This document shows positions 1 to 8,510 of a stretch of 64,000 nucleotides of DNA, piece by piece (the stretch's first letter is position 1; every line of letters starts with the position of its first letter). The DNA is taken from assembly GCA_026397405.1 (NCBI GenBank), contig JAPLUW010000001.1, positions 107,138 to 171,137 of the forward strand, in the 5' to 3' direction. The notes under the pieces are model-generated. The model worked only from the letters and a program-made list of their open reading frames with translations. It ran no database searches and was not told the origin of the DNA. Both the position numbers and the translations under genes were made by a program. The DNA comes from Candidatus Adlerbacteria bacterium (GTDB lineage: Bacteria; Patescibacteriota; Minisyncoccia; Phycocordibacterales; SBAW01).

Positions 1-3000
1 GCACTGTAGGTAGTTGTTGCAACCCACTGCGGTACGCCAGCATTCCAGGTAAGTACTTGACCACCTGAACCTGTGCCAAAGAGTGATGACGTAGCAACTG
101 CGGTTGGTGCTGCTGTCCCGCCAGTTGCGTTTGCAAGTAAAGTACCTGCTGCGATTGTTGGGAAGTCGGTGTATGCCGCGGTTGAGACAACACCCGATGA
201 CGCCTTAAGGAGGCCCGTGAGTGACGTGGCGAGTGTTGTTGCACCGGTGACGTTCAAAGAGCCTAGTGTAGAGAGCCCTGTTACGCTAAGAGTTGAAGTC
301 GCTGTAACTGCCCCGCCAAAGAACGATGTCCCCGAGACATAGCTGTTGCCTTGTATTGAAAGCGCCTGAGACGGCGACGATGTGCCAATTCCCAATTTAT
401 TTGAGATGTATCCGACAAGAGCCGTTGGGTCAAACCAGAACGCTGCACTTGTTGTTGCATTGTTACCAATAGTTACAATATCCGTCGAATTGTTTGAGTA
501 GTTTATAAGTTCGCCCGGCACTTGCGATGTTGTTGTAGACCAACTTCCCCCACCCGAGCCACCGCCAGTTGCATCAAGCCCCCAACCAGGCAGACCTCCA
601 GCAACTTTCAATACGCTACCTGTGCTGCCAATTCCTAATTTTGCAAGATGGTTGGTAGCGTCTGCGTACAAAATATCTCCGGTCGTATACGACGTAATCC
701 CCGTACCGCCGTACAACGTCCCAACACTGCTTGTTGCCGACACAACACCTTGGTTTGCCTGCAATGGGCCATTGAGCGACGACGCAAGCGTTGTTTGCCC
801 AGTCACTACAAACGTACCGTTAACTGTTGAGGATGCTGCCGCAAGGAACCCTGCAGAAAATGTTTGCAGCGAACCCCAAATATTTGCGGTGGTAGTACCA
901 AACGCGAGCGACAATGTGCCGGTGTTTGTAATAGGGCCTCCAAGCAACGGATATGTTGTGGCAATGTTCGTTACTGTACCCGAACCACCTCCACCACCAC
1001 TTGGGGTGGTTGTGGAAATTATTTGTCCGTTTGCATCAACTGCAAGGAAGGCTCCCGCCGCAGTGCCGAGCGTTGGCAGTGTAAATGTTGTAGCTGCAGT
1101 AACGGCGCTGGCAAAGTATGCATTTGCCGTGGTTGTTGCACCACCGAAGATAGTAAGACCTCCACTTTGTGTGCCGCTTCCAATAGTTGAGGAAGCGAAT
1201 GCAGTAAGACCTGCATTAAATTGTGTGAGGGTTGACGTTGCATTACCCGAGAGAGCGAACGGATACCCAACATTTCCCTTATTGTTAAATGTATTCCAGT
1301 CAGTACTCGAGAGAAGTCCTCTGTTAGAAGCCGAGGCAGTCGGTAGGTTAAAGGTCAGTGTTGAACCCGAACCTGTGATGGTAAAGTCTGTTCCTGTCGT
1401 TGACGACGCAAGGGTTACGGCAGCGCCTGTTGTTGTTTGTCCTGCCGGACCAATCGATGTAAGTGCAGACGTGAGATATGTCGCTGTGTCTACCGAAAGC
1501 GTTCCGTCGCTTGATGTTTTGACAAAACCAGCAGACGCCAAGTTAGAAAGTTTACTAATGCTTTGAATACTGTTTACGTTAAATGCATTGCCGCTGTAGG
1601 TAAGGCCCGTACCTGCAGTTGTTGTGGCACCTGACGAAACAAGGCCGCCGAAGACTGCGAGGGCACCGTCTGAAAGACCTCCAATATGGAAGGTACTGTT
1701 GATTGTTGATGATGCTGTTGAGAGGAAGCCGCCATTAAATGTCAGTTGTGTTGACGTTGCATTACCTGGGAACAAATAGCTAAATACATTTGCCGAGGTT
1801 AAGTAGTCGACACCCGCAGTCGCAGTAGAGACAACTCCAGCCGTTGCCTTAAGCAGGCCACTGAGCGACGTAGCAAGTGTTGTCTGTCCTAGCACGTTCA
1901 ATGTCGAGCCAAGCGTCGTTGCACCCGTAACAGCAAGAGTGTTGTTGACTGTGGAAGATGCAGCTGCAAGAAAGCCCGACGTAAAAGTTTGCAGCGCGCT
2001 CCATGTGTTTGCAGTTGTCGTACTAAACGCCAGCGAAATAGTTCCTGCAGAATTAAGCAACGGGTACGCAAATGAAAGTGCCGACTGTTTACTGTTAAAC
2101 GTTGTAAAGTCAGCCGCAGTCAAAAGGCCGCGGTTCGATGCCGACGCAGATGGCAAGTTAAATGTATGGATGTCGCCTGCTGACGTGATAGTAAAGTCGG
2201 TACCAGCGGTAGACGTTGCAAGTGTTTGCGTTGCACCGGTTTGGGCCGTACCATACTGCGCCTTTAATCCCGATATACCGCTGCCCGAACCCCCGGCATC
2301 AGTTCCGCAACCAAATTGGCCCGTCGTCGCATCCCAGACAATTTTGTCTCCCGAGCCAATACACGACGTCGTGAGCCCTCCGCCGCGCACTGAACCTGCT
2401 ATGTACAGATTGGTTGTGGTGGCATTTGTAGTTGTTGAGTTACCAAAAATATTTCCTCCAGTAAAAACATTGTCACTATAGGTTTTTGGTATCGTTGAAG
2501 ACGCGTTGACGTAGTAGTCGGCAGACGTTGTAGAAAAACCCGAGCCGCCAGACGCAGTGAGCACTCCGTTTACAACAGAAAGCCCTGTACCCGTAAAACT
2601 TGAAATCGTGGCACCTCCAATAGTTACCCCAGAGAGCGAAATAGTGTCAGGGATGTCCGCATCAGTTAAACCGCTAACTCCATGTACGGTTACGTTTGAA
2701 AGATTATTTACTGCTTGAGAAAAATCAAAATTCCCACGAGGGCTTCCGTACCCAGGGTTTGCAATGGTGGAAATTTGCGACTGTAGTTTGTTGTTAAGTT
2801 GGTTCAACCTATCCGTAAGTTCTGTCTCGCTAATGCCGCCAACCGACACGACACGCTCAAGCGTGCGCTGGATAACAGGGTACGTATTTTGCTGGACTAC
2901 AACAGTTTTAGTGGGAGCAACTGGCGCGTCAGGGCCCGGTGCAGAACTTTGTGTTTCAGTAACTTGCTGTGGAACATATGCAGTTGGGTTTTCCGGTGCG

Positions 3001-3554
3001 ACAACATAGTGCGCTGCTGGTGCAGCAAAAAAATATGAAATTACTCGTGAGAAAAAATTACCAACCGCCGCCGCAGCGGTTTCCTCAACTGCCGCAGACA
3101 GTGCAACAGATGTTGTTGGCGTTCCAAAAAAGAGCGCACTATGTTGTGCAACAGGCACACCACCTTGCCCTAGTTGCACAGGTGCAGTCTGCACGCCGTG
3201 TGCTTTTCCGTTTTCTCCCGCAAACACAACCGAACCTAGAAGCAGCGCCGACCCTGCAGCAAAAAACAAACCCGTGCGTGCCGCACCTATAGCCCGTGCA
3301 AAAAATTGCTTTTTAATTTCGCCTGCGTGTTGTATTTTATATTCTTTATTTTCCCTACGGCGCTGGTCTGCAAGAGCCTCTGCACGAGCTACTTTTGCCA
3401 CATCTCGCATTTTTTCAAAGACAGAGATTGACTCCTGCTCTATAAACCAGGCTCCATCAACTTGTCTCCCGACAAGTTTGCCTTCACGGCAGAGTTTTGA
3501 AACGTAGTCCTGGGCGCACCCCAAACGTTCGGCCACCTTACGGGCCGAAAGCAT
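1..3554 (-). CDS. Giant repeat-rich surface protein with N-terminal excisionase-type HTH and one TM helix. Partial: continues beyond the window start.
   Basis: Continuous minus-strand reading frame from ATG at 3554 to the window edge (>1180 aa). It has no stop in the window, so it is absent from the start-to-stop ORF track. The N-terminus (MLSARKVAERLGCAQDYVSKLCREGKLVGRQVDGAWFIEQ) matches the HTH_17/excisionase pattern. A hydrophobic segment (GLFFAAGSALLLGSVVFAG) follows. After that come Gly/Thr/Ala/Ser-rich repeats of about 100 aa with the recurring motif GTDFTITxxGxxxTFNLPxASASNRGLL. The plus-strand Val/Pro-rich ORFs 73-342, 622-1566 and 1939-2481 are its antisense artefacts. Confidence 0.7.
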   Translation of the reverse strand, partial: MLSARKVAERLGCAQDYVSKLCREGKLVGRQVDGAWFIEQESISVFEKMRDVAKVARAEALADQRRRENKEYKIQHAGEIKKQFFARAIGAARTGLFFAAGSALLLGSVVFAGENGKAHGVQTAPVQLGQGGVPVAQHSALFFGTPTTSVALSAAVEETAAAAVGNFFSRVISYFFAAPAAHYVVAPENPTAYVPQQVTETQSSAPGPDAPVAPTKTVVVQQNTYPVIQRTLERVVSVGGISETELTDRLNQLNNKLQSQISTIANPGYGSPRGNFDFSQAVNNLSNVTVHGVSGLTDADIPDTISLSGVTIGGATISSFTGTGLSVVNGVLTASGGSGFSTTSADYYVNASSTIPKTYSDNVFTGGNIFGNSTTTNATTTNLYIAGSVRGGGLTTSCIGSGDKIVWDATTGQFGCGTDAGGSGSGISGLKAQYGTAQTGATQTLATSTAGTDFTITSAGDIHTFNLPSASASNRGLLTAADFTTFNSKQSALSFAYPLLNSAGTISLAFSTTTANTWSALQTFTSGFLAAASSTVNNTLAVTGATTLGSTLNVLGQTTLATSLSGLLKATAGVVSTATAGVDYLTSANVFSYLFPGNATSTQLTFNGGFLSTASSTINSTFHIGGLSDGALAVFGGLVSSGATTTAGTGLTYSGNAFNVNSIQSISKLSNLASAGFVKTSSDGTLSVDTATYLTSALTSIGPAGQTTTGAAVTLASSTTGTDFTITGSGSTLTFNLPTASASNRGLLSSTDWNTFNNKGNVGYPFALSGNATSTLTQFNAGLTAFASSTIGSGTQSGGLTIFGGATTTANAYFASAVTAATTFTLPTLGTAAGAFLAVDANGQIISTTTPSGGGGGSGTVTNIATTYPLLGGPITNTGTLSLAFGTTTANIWGSLQTFSAGFLAAASSTVNGTFVVTGQTTLASSLNGPLQANQGVVSATSSVGTLYGGTGITSYTTGDILYADATNHLAKLGIGSTGSVLKVAGGLPGWGLDATGGGSGGGSWSTTTSQVPGELINYSNNSTDIVTIGNNATTSAAFWFDPTALVGYISNKLGIGTSSPSQALSIQGNSYVSGTSFFGGAVTATSTLSVTGLSTLGSLNVTGATTLATSLTGLLKASSGVVSTAAYTDFPTIAAGTLLANATGGTAAPTAVATSSLFGTGSGGQVLTWNAGVPQWVATTTYS

Positions 3555-4013
3555 TGGTTCACCAGGTTGTGAGATTTGTGTGTTCAAGGGCGATGTATCT
3601 TTGCCTACTTAATTATTTCGGAGGCACTACACTACATTGTACGAGCAAGTTGCGTTTTATTTTTTAAAAAAAATTCAACAAACTGTGGATAGAAATAAAA
3701 ACTGAAGCGCTAGTATAAAAAATATTATTGACGCTTCGTTGAGAGTATTACTGACTGAATACCCACACTCACCTGTATTCTATTTATCTAGATATTCTTT
3801 TTAAATTTTAGAATAAGAGCAAAAAAAATAGTAAATCTCTATTAAACGAGAAGTTATGCAATATAAGGTTTTATCGTCCTGTTTAAACGATATCTCGGCT
3901 ATCAGATATTATATTTTGTTAGGAAAATACCTTCTACTTCCACTTAAGATACTCTGTTTGCATATATAGAAAAGTTCACATAGGTTCTGTACCTAGTAGG
4001 TTGTCAGGTACCT

Positions 4014-4748
4014 TTACTTATTTTGACAAGTTTTAAAAATGAAGCAGAGTGCGCCCTTCCCTGACAGAACCACACTTGCTGGTTTCCCTTTCTCAACAAT
4101 AACCGTTGTAGTAACGTTCAGCGAGCCGTACAAAGCAACTGCAAATAAAATTCCACTTAATATAAAAAAGGAAAAGGCTGACACTACTATGTTTTTATTT
4201 GATTCTTTTGCTCGTTTGGTAGACACTCTTTCTACCAAAACTTCTCTGTATATTTCTTCAGGCTCCTCCACTACGGCTAGAGGAAGAGGCCTTGTACGTC
4301 TGGAAATTGCAGGAAACAAAGGGCTCGAATCTGCAATATAGGTAAGGCCTGTTTTTTTAACTCGAGTTGCATCCAACTCTTCTGTCTCTACAGGAGACTC
4401 TTGTATAAAAACTTCTTCCACTTTTTCTTCTGGCATAACATGCAATTGAATTATATTTTTTTCTTCAAGTTCTTTTACTTCAACCTCTACGGTAAGTGGA
4501 GTCTCTTCTACAGCCACAGCAACGACAGAGGGTTTTTCAGCAGAGGTGGGAGCAGAATAGATCTTGTGCTCTTTGTTCAGATACTCTGCAAAAGATGCCT
4601 CTTCTACATACCACGCCCTGCCTACCTTGGTACCAGCAACTTTACCTGCACGTATAAGCTGGCCGATATAGTCGGAGTGGTACTTGTTTTCTTTAGCAAT
4701 ACGTTTAGACGAGATGTATCGCTTACCCGAGATTTCTAGCTCATCCAT
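4014..4748 (-). CDS. Membrane-anchored protein with N-terminal excisionase-type HTH. It is a paralogous module to the giant protein's N-terminus.
   Basis: ORF 4014-4808; the start was moved to the internal ATG (MDELEISGKRY) to clear the gatB terminator. The N-terminal HTH (IAKENKYHSDYIGQLIRAGKVAGTKVGRAWYVEE) is followed by a Glu-rich linker and a C-terminal TM helix (IVVSAFSFFILSGILFAVALYG). Confidence 0.55.
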   Translation of the reverse strand: MDELEISGKRYISSKRIAKENKYHSDYIGQLIRAGKVAGTKVGRAWYVEEASFAEYLNKEHKIYSAPTSAEKPSVVAVAVEETPLTVEVEVKELEEKNIIQLHVMPEEKVEEVFIQESPVETEELDATRVKKTGLTYIADSSPLFPAISRRTRPLPLAVVEEPEEIYREVLVERVSTKRAKESNKNIVVSAFSFFILSGILFAVALYGSLNVTTTVIVEKGKPASVVLSGKGALCFIFKTCQNK

Positions 4749-4770
4749 ATACAGAGTAGTATACAGTATC

Positions 4771-4801
4771 AAAAAAACTCGGGTTACCCCCGAGTTTTTT
4801 T
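4771..4801 (-). terminator. Rho-independent terminator downstream of gatB
   Basis: An A-run, then the stem ctcggg/cccgag with loop ttacc, then a T-run. It is symmetric, so it could terminate either strand. Confidence 0.6.
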
Positions 4802-4819
4802 GATACATTTTGATATCTC

Positions 4820-6181
4820 CTACTTCAGAGCCTTTTTAAATTCCTCGGCCAATGTGCCTGGGTTTGCGGAGCCCTTGGTCTCCTTCATGCCTTGCCCTAC
4901 TAAAAATTGAAGTACCGCTTCCTTCCCTGCTCTGTACTCTGCAACCACTGCAGGGTTTGCATCAACTATTTTTTGAACAAGCGCCGGGAGCGTACTCTCG
5001 TCTATAGTTGCAACCAATGTGCCAGCAAGAATCGATGCCTTTGCTTGCGGCGATGCCAACTTCCCTTCAGCATATTTTTCTACCACCTCAATGATAAGTT
5101 CAGCGCGCGGCAACCATTCTGGTTTTTTCTTTCGCTGTCCGGCAATGTCGTTGAGTATAAAGTTTGCAGCGATTTTGAGTAGTTCGGGTTGTGTCAATTT
5201 TTTTTCTATCTCTGTAAATAGCACCGACAACTCAAAGTCGCCCACCAACTGCTCGATGTCTTGCTCTTGTAAAAATCCGAGACTCTTCAAACGCTCGCGT
5301 TTTTGCCACGGCAGTTCAGGTAACTCTTTTGTAATAGAGTCGGTAGAAAATTCTGGTAGTTCCGACAGCACGAGTTTTGGGAGGTCGGGGTCCGGGAAAT
5401 AGCGGTAGTCGTGACTCGACTCTTTTTTACGTTGAGAGAAAGTTGTCTGGTTCCCTTCATTCCACCCGCGGGTCTCCTGCACGACCTGTCCCCCACCTTC
5501 AAGTACCTCGACTTGCCGAGCAATTTCAAATGCGATAGCTCGCTCAACCGAGCGAAACGAGTTAAGGTTTTTAACTTCCACTTTTGTACCGAAGGTATCT
5601 GTCTTGCTGACAGAAATATTGGCCTCGACACGCATCTCGCCTTTTTCCATATTTGCCTCCGAGGCACCTAGGTAGCGAAGCAGCAACTGCAACTCGCGAG
5701 CAAACGCACCAGCGTCTTCTGCGGTGTGTATCACGGGCTCAGTCACAAGTTCCATCAATGGCACACCTGCGCGGTTAAAGTCTACGAGACTCGTCTCGCC
5801 GACATGCTGCGAACGCGCTGTGTCCTCTTCTAGATGGATACGGGTAATCTCTATCCCCTTCAGCGACCCGCCTTGCACTAGCGGGTATGCAAATTGGCTA
5901 ATTTGATATCCCTTTGGGATGTCTGGGTAAAAATAACTCTTACGGTCAAACTCGGTATAGTCAGCAAGTTTTGAGCCAAGCGCCACGCCCATACGCAACA
6001 CGTGGCTGACGGCCGCTTTGTTTATAACGGGCAGTGTCCCTGGGTGCGCCATACACACAGGACAGATGTTCACGTTTGGACCCTTTTCGTCCGCATTATT
6101 TAGGCACCCACAAAACATCTTGGTGTGGGTGTTCAGTTCGGCATGTATTTCCAAGCCTATTGTGGGCCTATATTCGCTCAT
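4820..6181 (-). CDS. gatB: Asp-tRNA(Asn)/Glu-tRNA(Gln) amidotransferase subunit B
   Basis: 453 aa starting MSEYRPTIGLEIHAELNT...FCGC, full length with a GatB/GatE-like catalytic N-terminus and a GatB/YqeY C-terminal domain. Confidence 0.9.
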   Translation of the reverse strand: MSEYRPTIGLEIHAELNTHTKMFCGCLNNADEKGPNVNICPVCMAHPGTLPVINKAAVSHVLRMGVALGSKLADYTEFDRKSYFYPDIPKGYQISQFAYPLVQGGSLKGIEITRIHLEEDTARSQHVGETSLVDFNRAGVPLMELVTEPVIHTAEDAGAFARELQLLLRYLGASEANMEKGEMRVEANISVSKTDTFGTKVEVKNLNSFRSVERAIAFEIARQVEVLEGGGQVVQETRGWNEGNQTTFSQRKKESSHDYRYFPDPDLPKLVLSELPEFSTDSITKELPELPWQKRERLKSLGFLQEQDIEQLVGDFELSVLFTEIEKKLTQPELLKIAANFILNDIAGQRKKKPEWLPRAELIIEVVEKYAEGKLASPQAKASILAGTLVATIDESTLPALVQKIVDANPAVVAEYRAGKEAVLQFLVGQGMKETKGSANPGTLAEEFKKALK

Positions 6182-6211
6182 TTCCTTACTATACTACCGC
6201 AAACCAGGGCT

Positions 6212-7183
6212 TTATGCAGACAGAGTTGCCACAAGGGTGTCGCGAAATTCTTTTACCGACTCATCGTCCAAAATAGACAGAATACTCACCTGCTTGCCTT
6301 CGTGTATAAAAAGCTCTTTTATTTCTTGTATATAGAGAGGATCTCGGGTATCCGACTTGGTCAAAACGATTATTTCTGGGTTTGTCACAAGTGCTCCCTG
6401 TTCAAACCGAGATAACTCGTCACGGATAACTTGATAGTCTTCAAGCGGAGTATCCGACTCGAGTGAGACGCAGTGCACAAGAAGCCGTGTGCGGGAAATG
6501 TGGCGAAGAAATTTAAACCCCAAACCCTTCCCCGAAGAAGCTCCTTCGATAATACCGGGAATGTCTGCAAGTACCAGGCCGTACAAGGCTCCCAAGTTTG
6601 GGTCGAGAGTAGTAAATGCATACGAACCAACTTTTGCCGACGCTCCTGTAAGCGCGTTCAAGAGCGACGACTTACCTGCGTTTGGCAACCCTATAAGCCC
6701 GGCATCGGCAAACAAACGCAACTCGATATGCAGTTGTGCTACTTCGCCACGGGCGCCCGGCATGCTCTCCATGGGGCTTTGGTTTGTCGACGACTTAAAT
6801 GCCGTGTTCCCTGCCCCGCCACGGCCGCCTTTCAAAATAAGTATTTGCTGACCTTCGTTTACAAGCTCAAACTCTTCACCTGTTGTCTTATTACGCACAA
6901 TCGAGCCTACAGGCAAGTCCAGATAAAAATCCTTACCTCCGGCACCTTCTTTGTTGCGGTTACCTCCTTCGTCACCATCGTCTGCTTCAAACTTTTTCTC
7001 ACCCCGGTAGCGGGCAAGGAGGTTGATGTCACGTACACCGCGTATATAAAAATCTCCGCCATCGCCGCCGTTACCCCCGGCTGGGCCCGAATATTCTTGG
7101 GACTTTAAGTGCAACCAGCGGACAACACCATTGCCACCGTTACCCGCCCGCGCGGCTATTGTTAATTCATCGACAAAAGACAT
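6212..7183 (-). CDS. obg: GTPase Obg/CgtA
   Basis: Gly-rich Obg fold N-terminus (GNGGNGVVRW, GGNGGDGG). The G domain has GLIGLPNAGKSSLLNALT and DIPGIIEGA. Confidence 0.9.
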   Translation of the reverse strand: MSFVDELTIAARAGNGGNGVVRWLHLKSQEYSGPAGGNGGDGGDFYIRGVRDINLLARYRGEKKFEADDGDEGGNRNKEGAGGKDFYLDLPVGSIVRNKTTGEEFELVNEGQQILILKGGRGGAGNTAFKSSTNQSPMESMPGARGEVAQLHIELRLFADAGLIGLPNAGKSSLLNALTGASAKVGSYAFTTLDPNLGALYGLVLADIPGIIEGASSGKGLGFKFLRHISRTRLLVHCVSLESDTPLEDYQVIRDELSRFEQGALVTNPEIIVLTKSDTRDPLYIQEIKELFIHEGKQVSILSILDDESVKEFRDTLVATLSA

Positions 7184-7337
7184 GTTAAAAACCCTTGTAC
7201 AACCACCAGGCTATAAGGACAAGCGCCACAAGTGCGACTACCTTAAACAAGGGCTTTACAAGGAATTTGAGCACTAAAAACCCCACAACAACTAGTATTC
7301 CGATAGTGAGCCACGACATACGTTATATGCTAGCAGG

Positions 7338-8093
7338 TTACAAGTACCGGAGCAACGCATCTGCCCCGAATGTCCTGCACAACTCCGCTACCCACTCGGC
7401 AAACACTCCCATATATCCAACCATCATAGAAAGGCCAAATACTACAAGGAGCCCGCCTGCGAGTTTTGAAAGGAGCGTAATGCTACCCTGCATACGTGCA
7501 AAAAATTTCCCTGCGCTTCCTATTAAAAAAGCAGTAAGTAAAAATGGGATACCGAGCCCTAGGGAAAATACGGCGAGCAAAAGCGCGCCTTGTACGGAAG
7601 TTGCAGAGCTAGAGGCAAACAAAAGCACCGTCCCTAAAATTGGCCCGACGCACGGTGTCCACCCCAGCGCAAACAGCACACCTATTACAAAAGAACTTTC
7701 AGGCCGGCCAACAGTGATAAAGTGCGGCGTGCGTATACGTTTTTCAGACAACAACACTGGGATTTTAAGCACCCCGAGCATCGTCAGCCCAAAAAGTATA
7801 ATCACCGCCCCAGCGGCACGGCTTATAAACGGGCGCCAGGCCCCGAGTGTGCCCCCAAGAGTCGCAGCAAACAACCCCAATATAATAAATACAACAGAAA
7901 ACCCGAGTACAAAAAACAGTGCGTTACGCATCACACGCCTGCGACTTTCAGTAAACCCAGTTTTTGCTAACTCACGCTCTGGCACGCCCGCAATAAACGC
8001 CAAATACCCAGGGATTATCGGCAGTGTGCACGGAGCTAAAAACATTAATACACCTGCCAGAAATGCTGCAGGGGTTAGCGCGAATGCATCCAT
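7338..8093 (-). CDS. ccdA: Cytochrome c-type biogenesis / thiol-disulfide transporter CcdA (DsbD family) membrane protein
   Basis: Six predicted TM helices. A conserved Cys sits in the LAPCTLPIIPGYL and WTPCVGPILG motifs typical of CcdA/DsbD. Confidence 0.8.
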   Translation of the reverse strand: MDAFALTPAAFLAGVLMFLAPCTLPIIPGYLAFIAGVPERELAKTGFTESRRRVMRNALFFVLGFSVVFIILGLFAATLGGTLGAWRPFISRAAGAVIILFGLTMLGVLKIPVLLSEKRIRTPHFITVGRPESSFVIGVLFALGWTPCVGPILGTVLLFASSSATSVQGALLLAVFSLGLGIPFLLTAFLIGSAGKFFARMQGSITLLSKLAGGLLVVFGLSMMVGYMGVFAEWVAELCRTFGADALLRYL

Positions 8094-8506
8094 GCGTCTA
8101 TTCTACCGCGAACACTAGTCAAAAACTCGCGGTCTTTTGGGTGGGTCAACATCTCGGTTGCTTCGTCGAGTGTGACATAACGAGCCTCAGTAACCTCGCT
8201 GTCGTGAGGCTGGAGTGCGTGTTGCTTAGTAGTGCAGAGAAATAATGTTTTCTTTTGTAGGCCCCATTCTATATGCTCGCCTATCCCATCTTTTCCTATC
8301 GAAGATCGCTCGTACGAGCCGAGTTCTTCTACAAACTCTAGTTGTGTAATGCCCGCTTCTTCATATATTTCTCGAGTAGCAGCTTGCGCAGACGTCTCCC
8401 CCTCCTCTACTCCACCCTTAGGGAACGACCACGAATTACCGTGTTGAAATACAAGCACAATACGCCCGTCCGGCCCCACGACAATTCCTCCTGCACTTTC
8501 TCGCAT
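8075..8506 (-). CDS. NUDIX hydrolase
   Basis: Nudix box GGVEEGETSAQAATREIYEEAGI in a 143-aa protein. Confidence 0.8.
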   Translation of the reverse strand: MRESAGGIVVGPDGRIVLVFQHGNSWSFPKGGVEEGETSAQAATREIYEEAGITQLEFVEELGSYERSSIGKDGIGEHIEWGLQKKTLFLCTTKQHALQPHDSEVTEARYVTLDEATEMLTHPKDREFLTSVRGRIDAWMHSR

Positions 8507-8510
8507 AGTA

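Noticed and set aside
73-2481. Plus-strand ORFs 73-342, 622-1566 and 1939-2481 encoding Val/Ala/Pro-rich low-complexity proteins
   Set aside because: They are antisense to the continuous minus-strand giant repeat-protein gene. Their composition is the complement of its Gly/Thr/Ala-rich repeats, and they have no domain-like features.
7195-8118. 307-aa plus-strand ORF
   Set aside because: It is antisense to the well-supported ccdA-like membrane protein gene and is low-complexity (Ser/Thr/Asn/Pro-rich).
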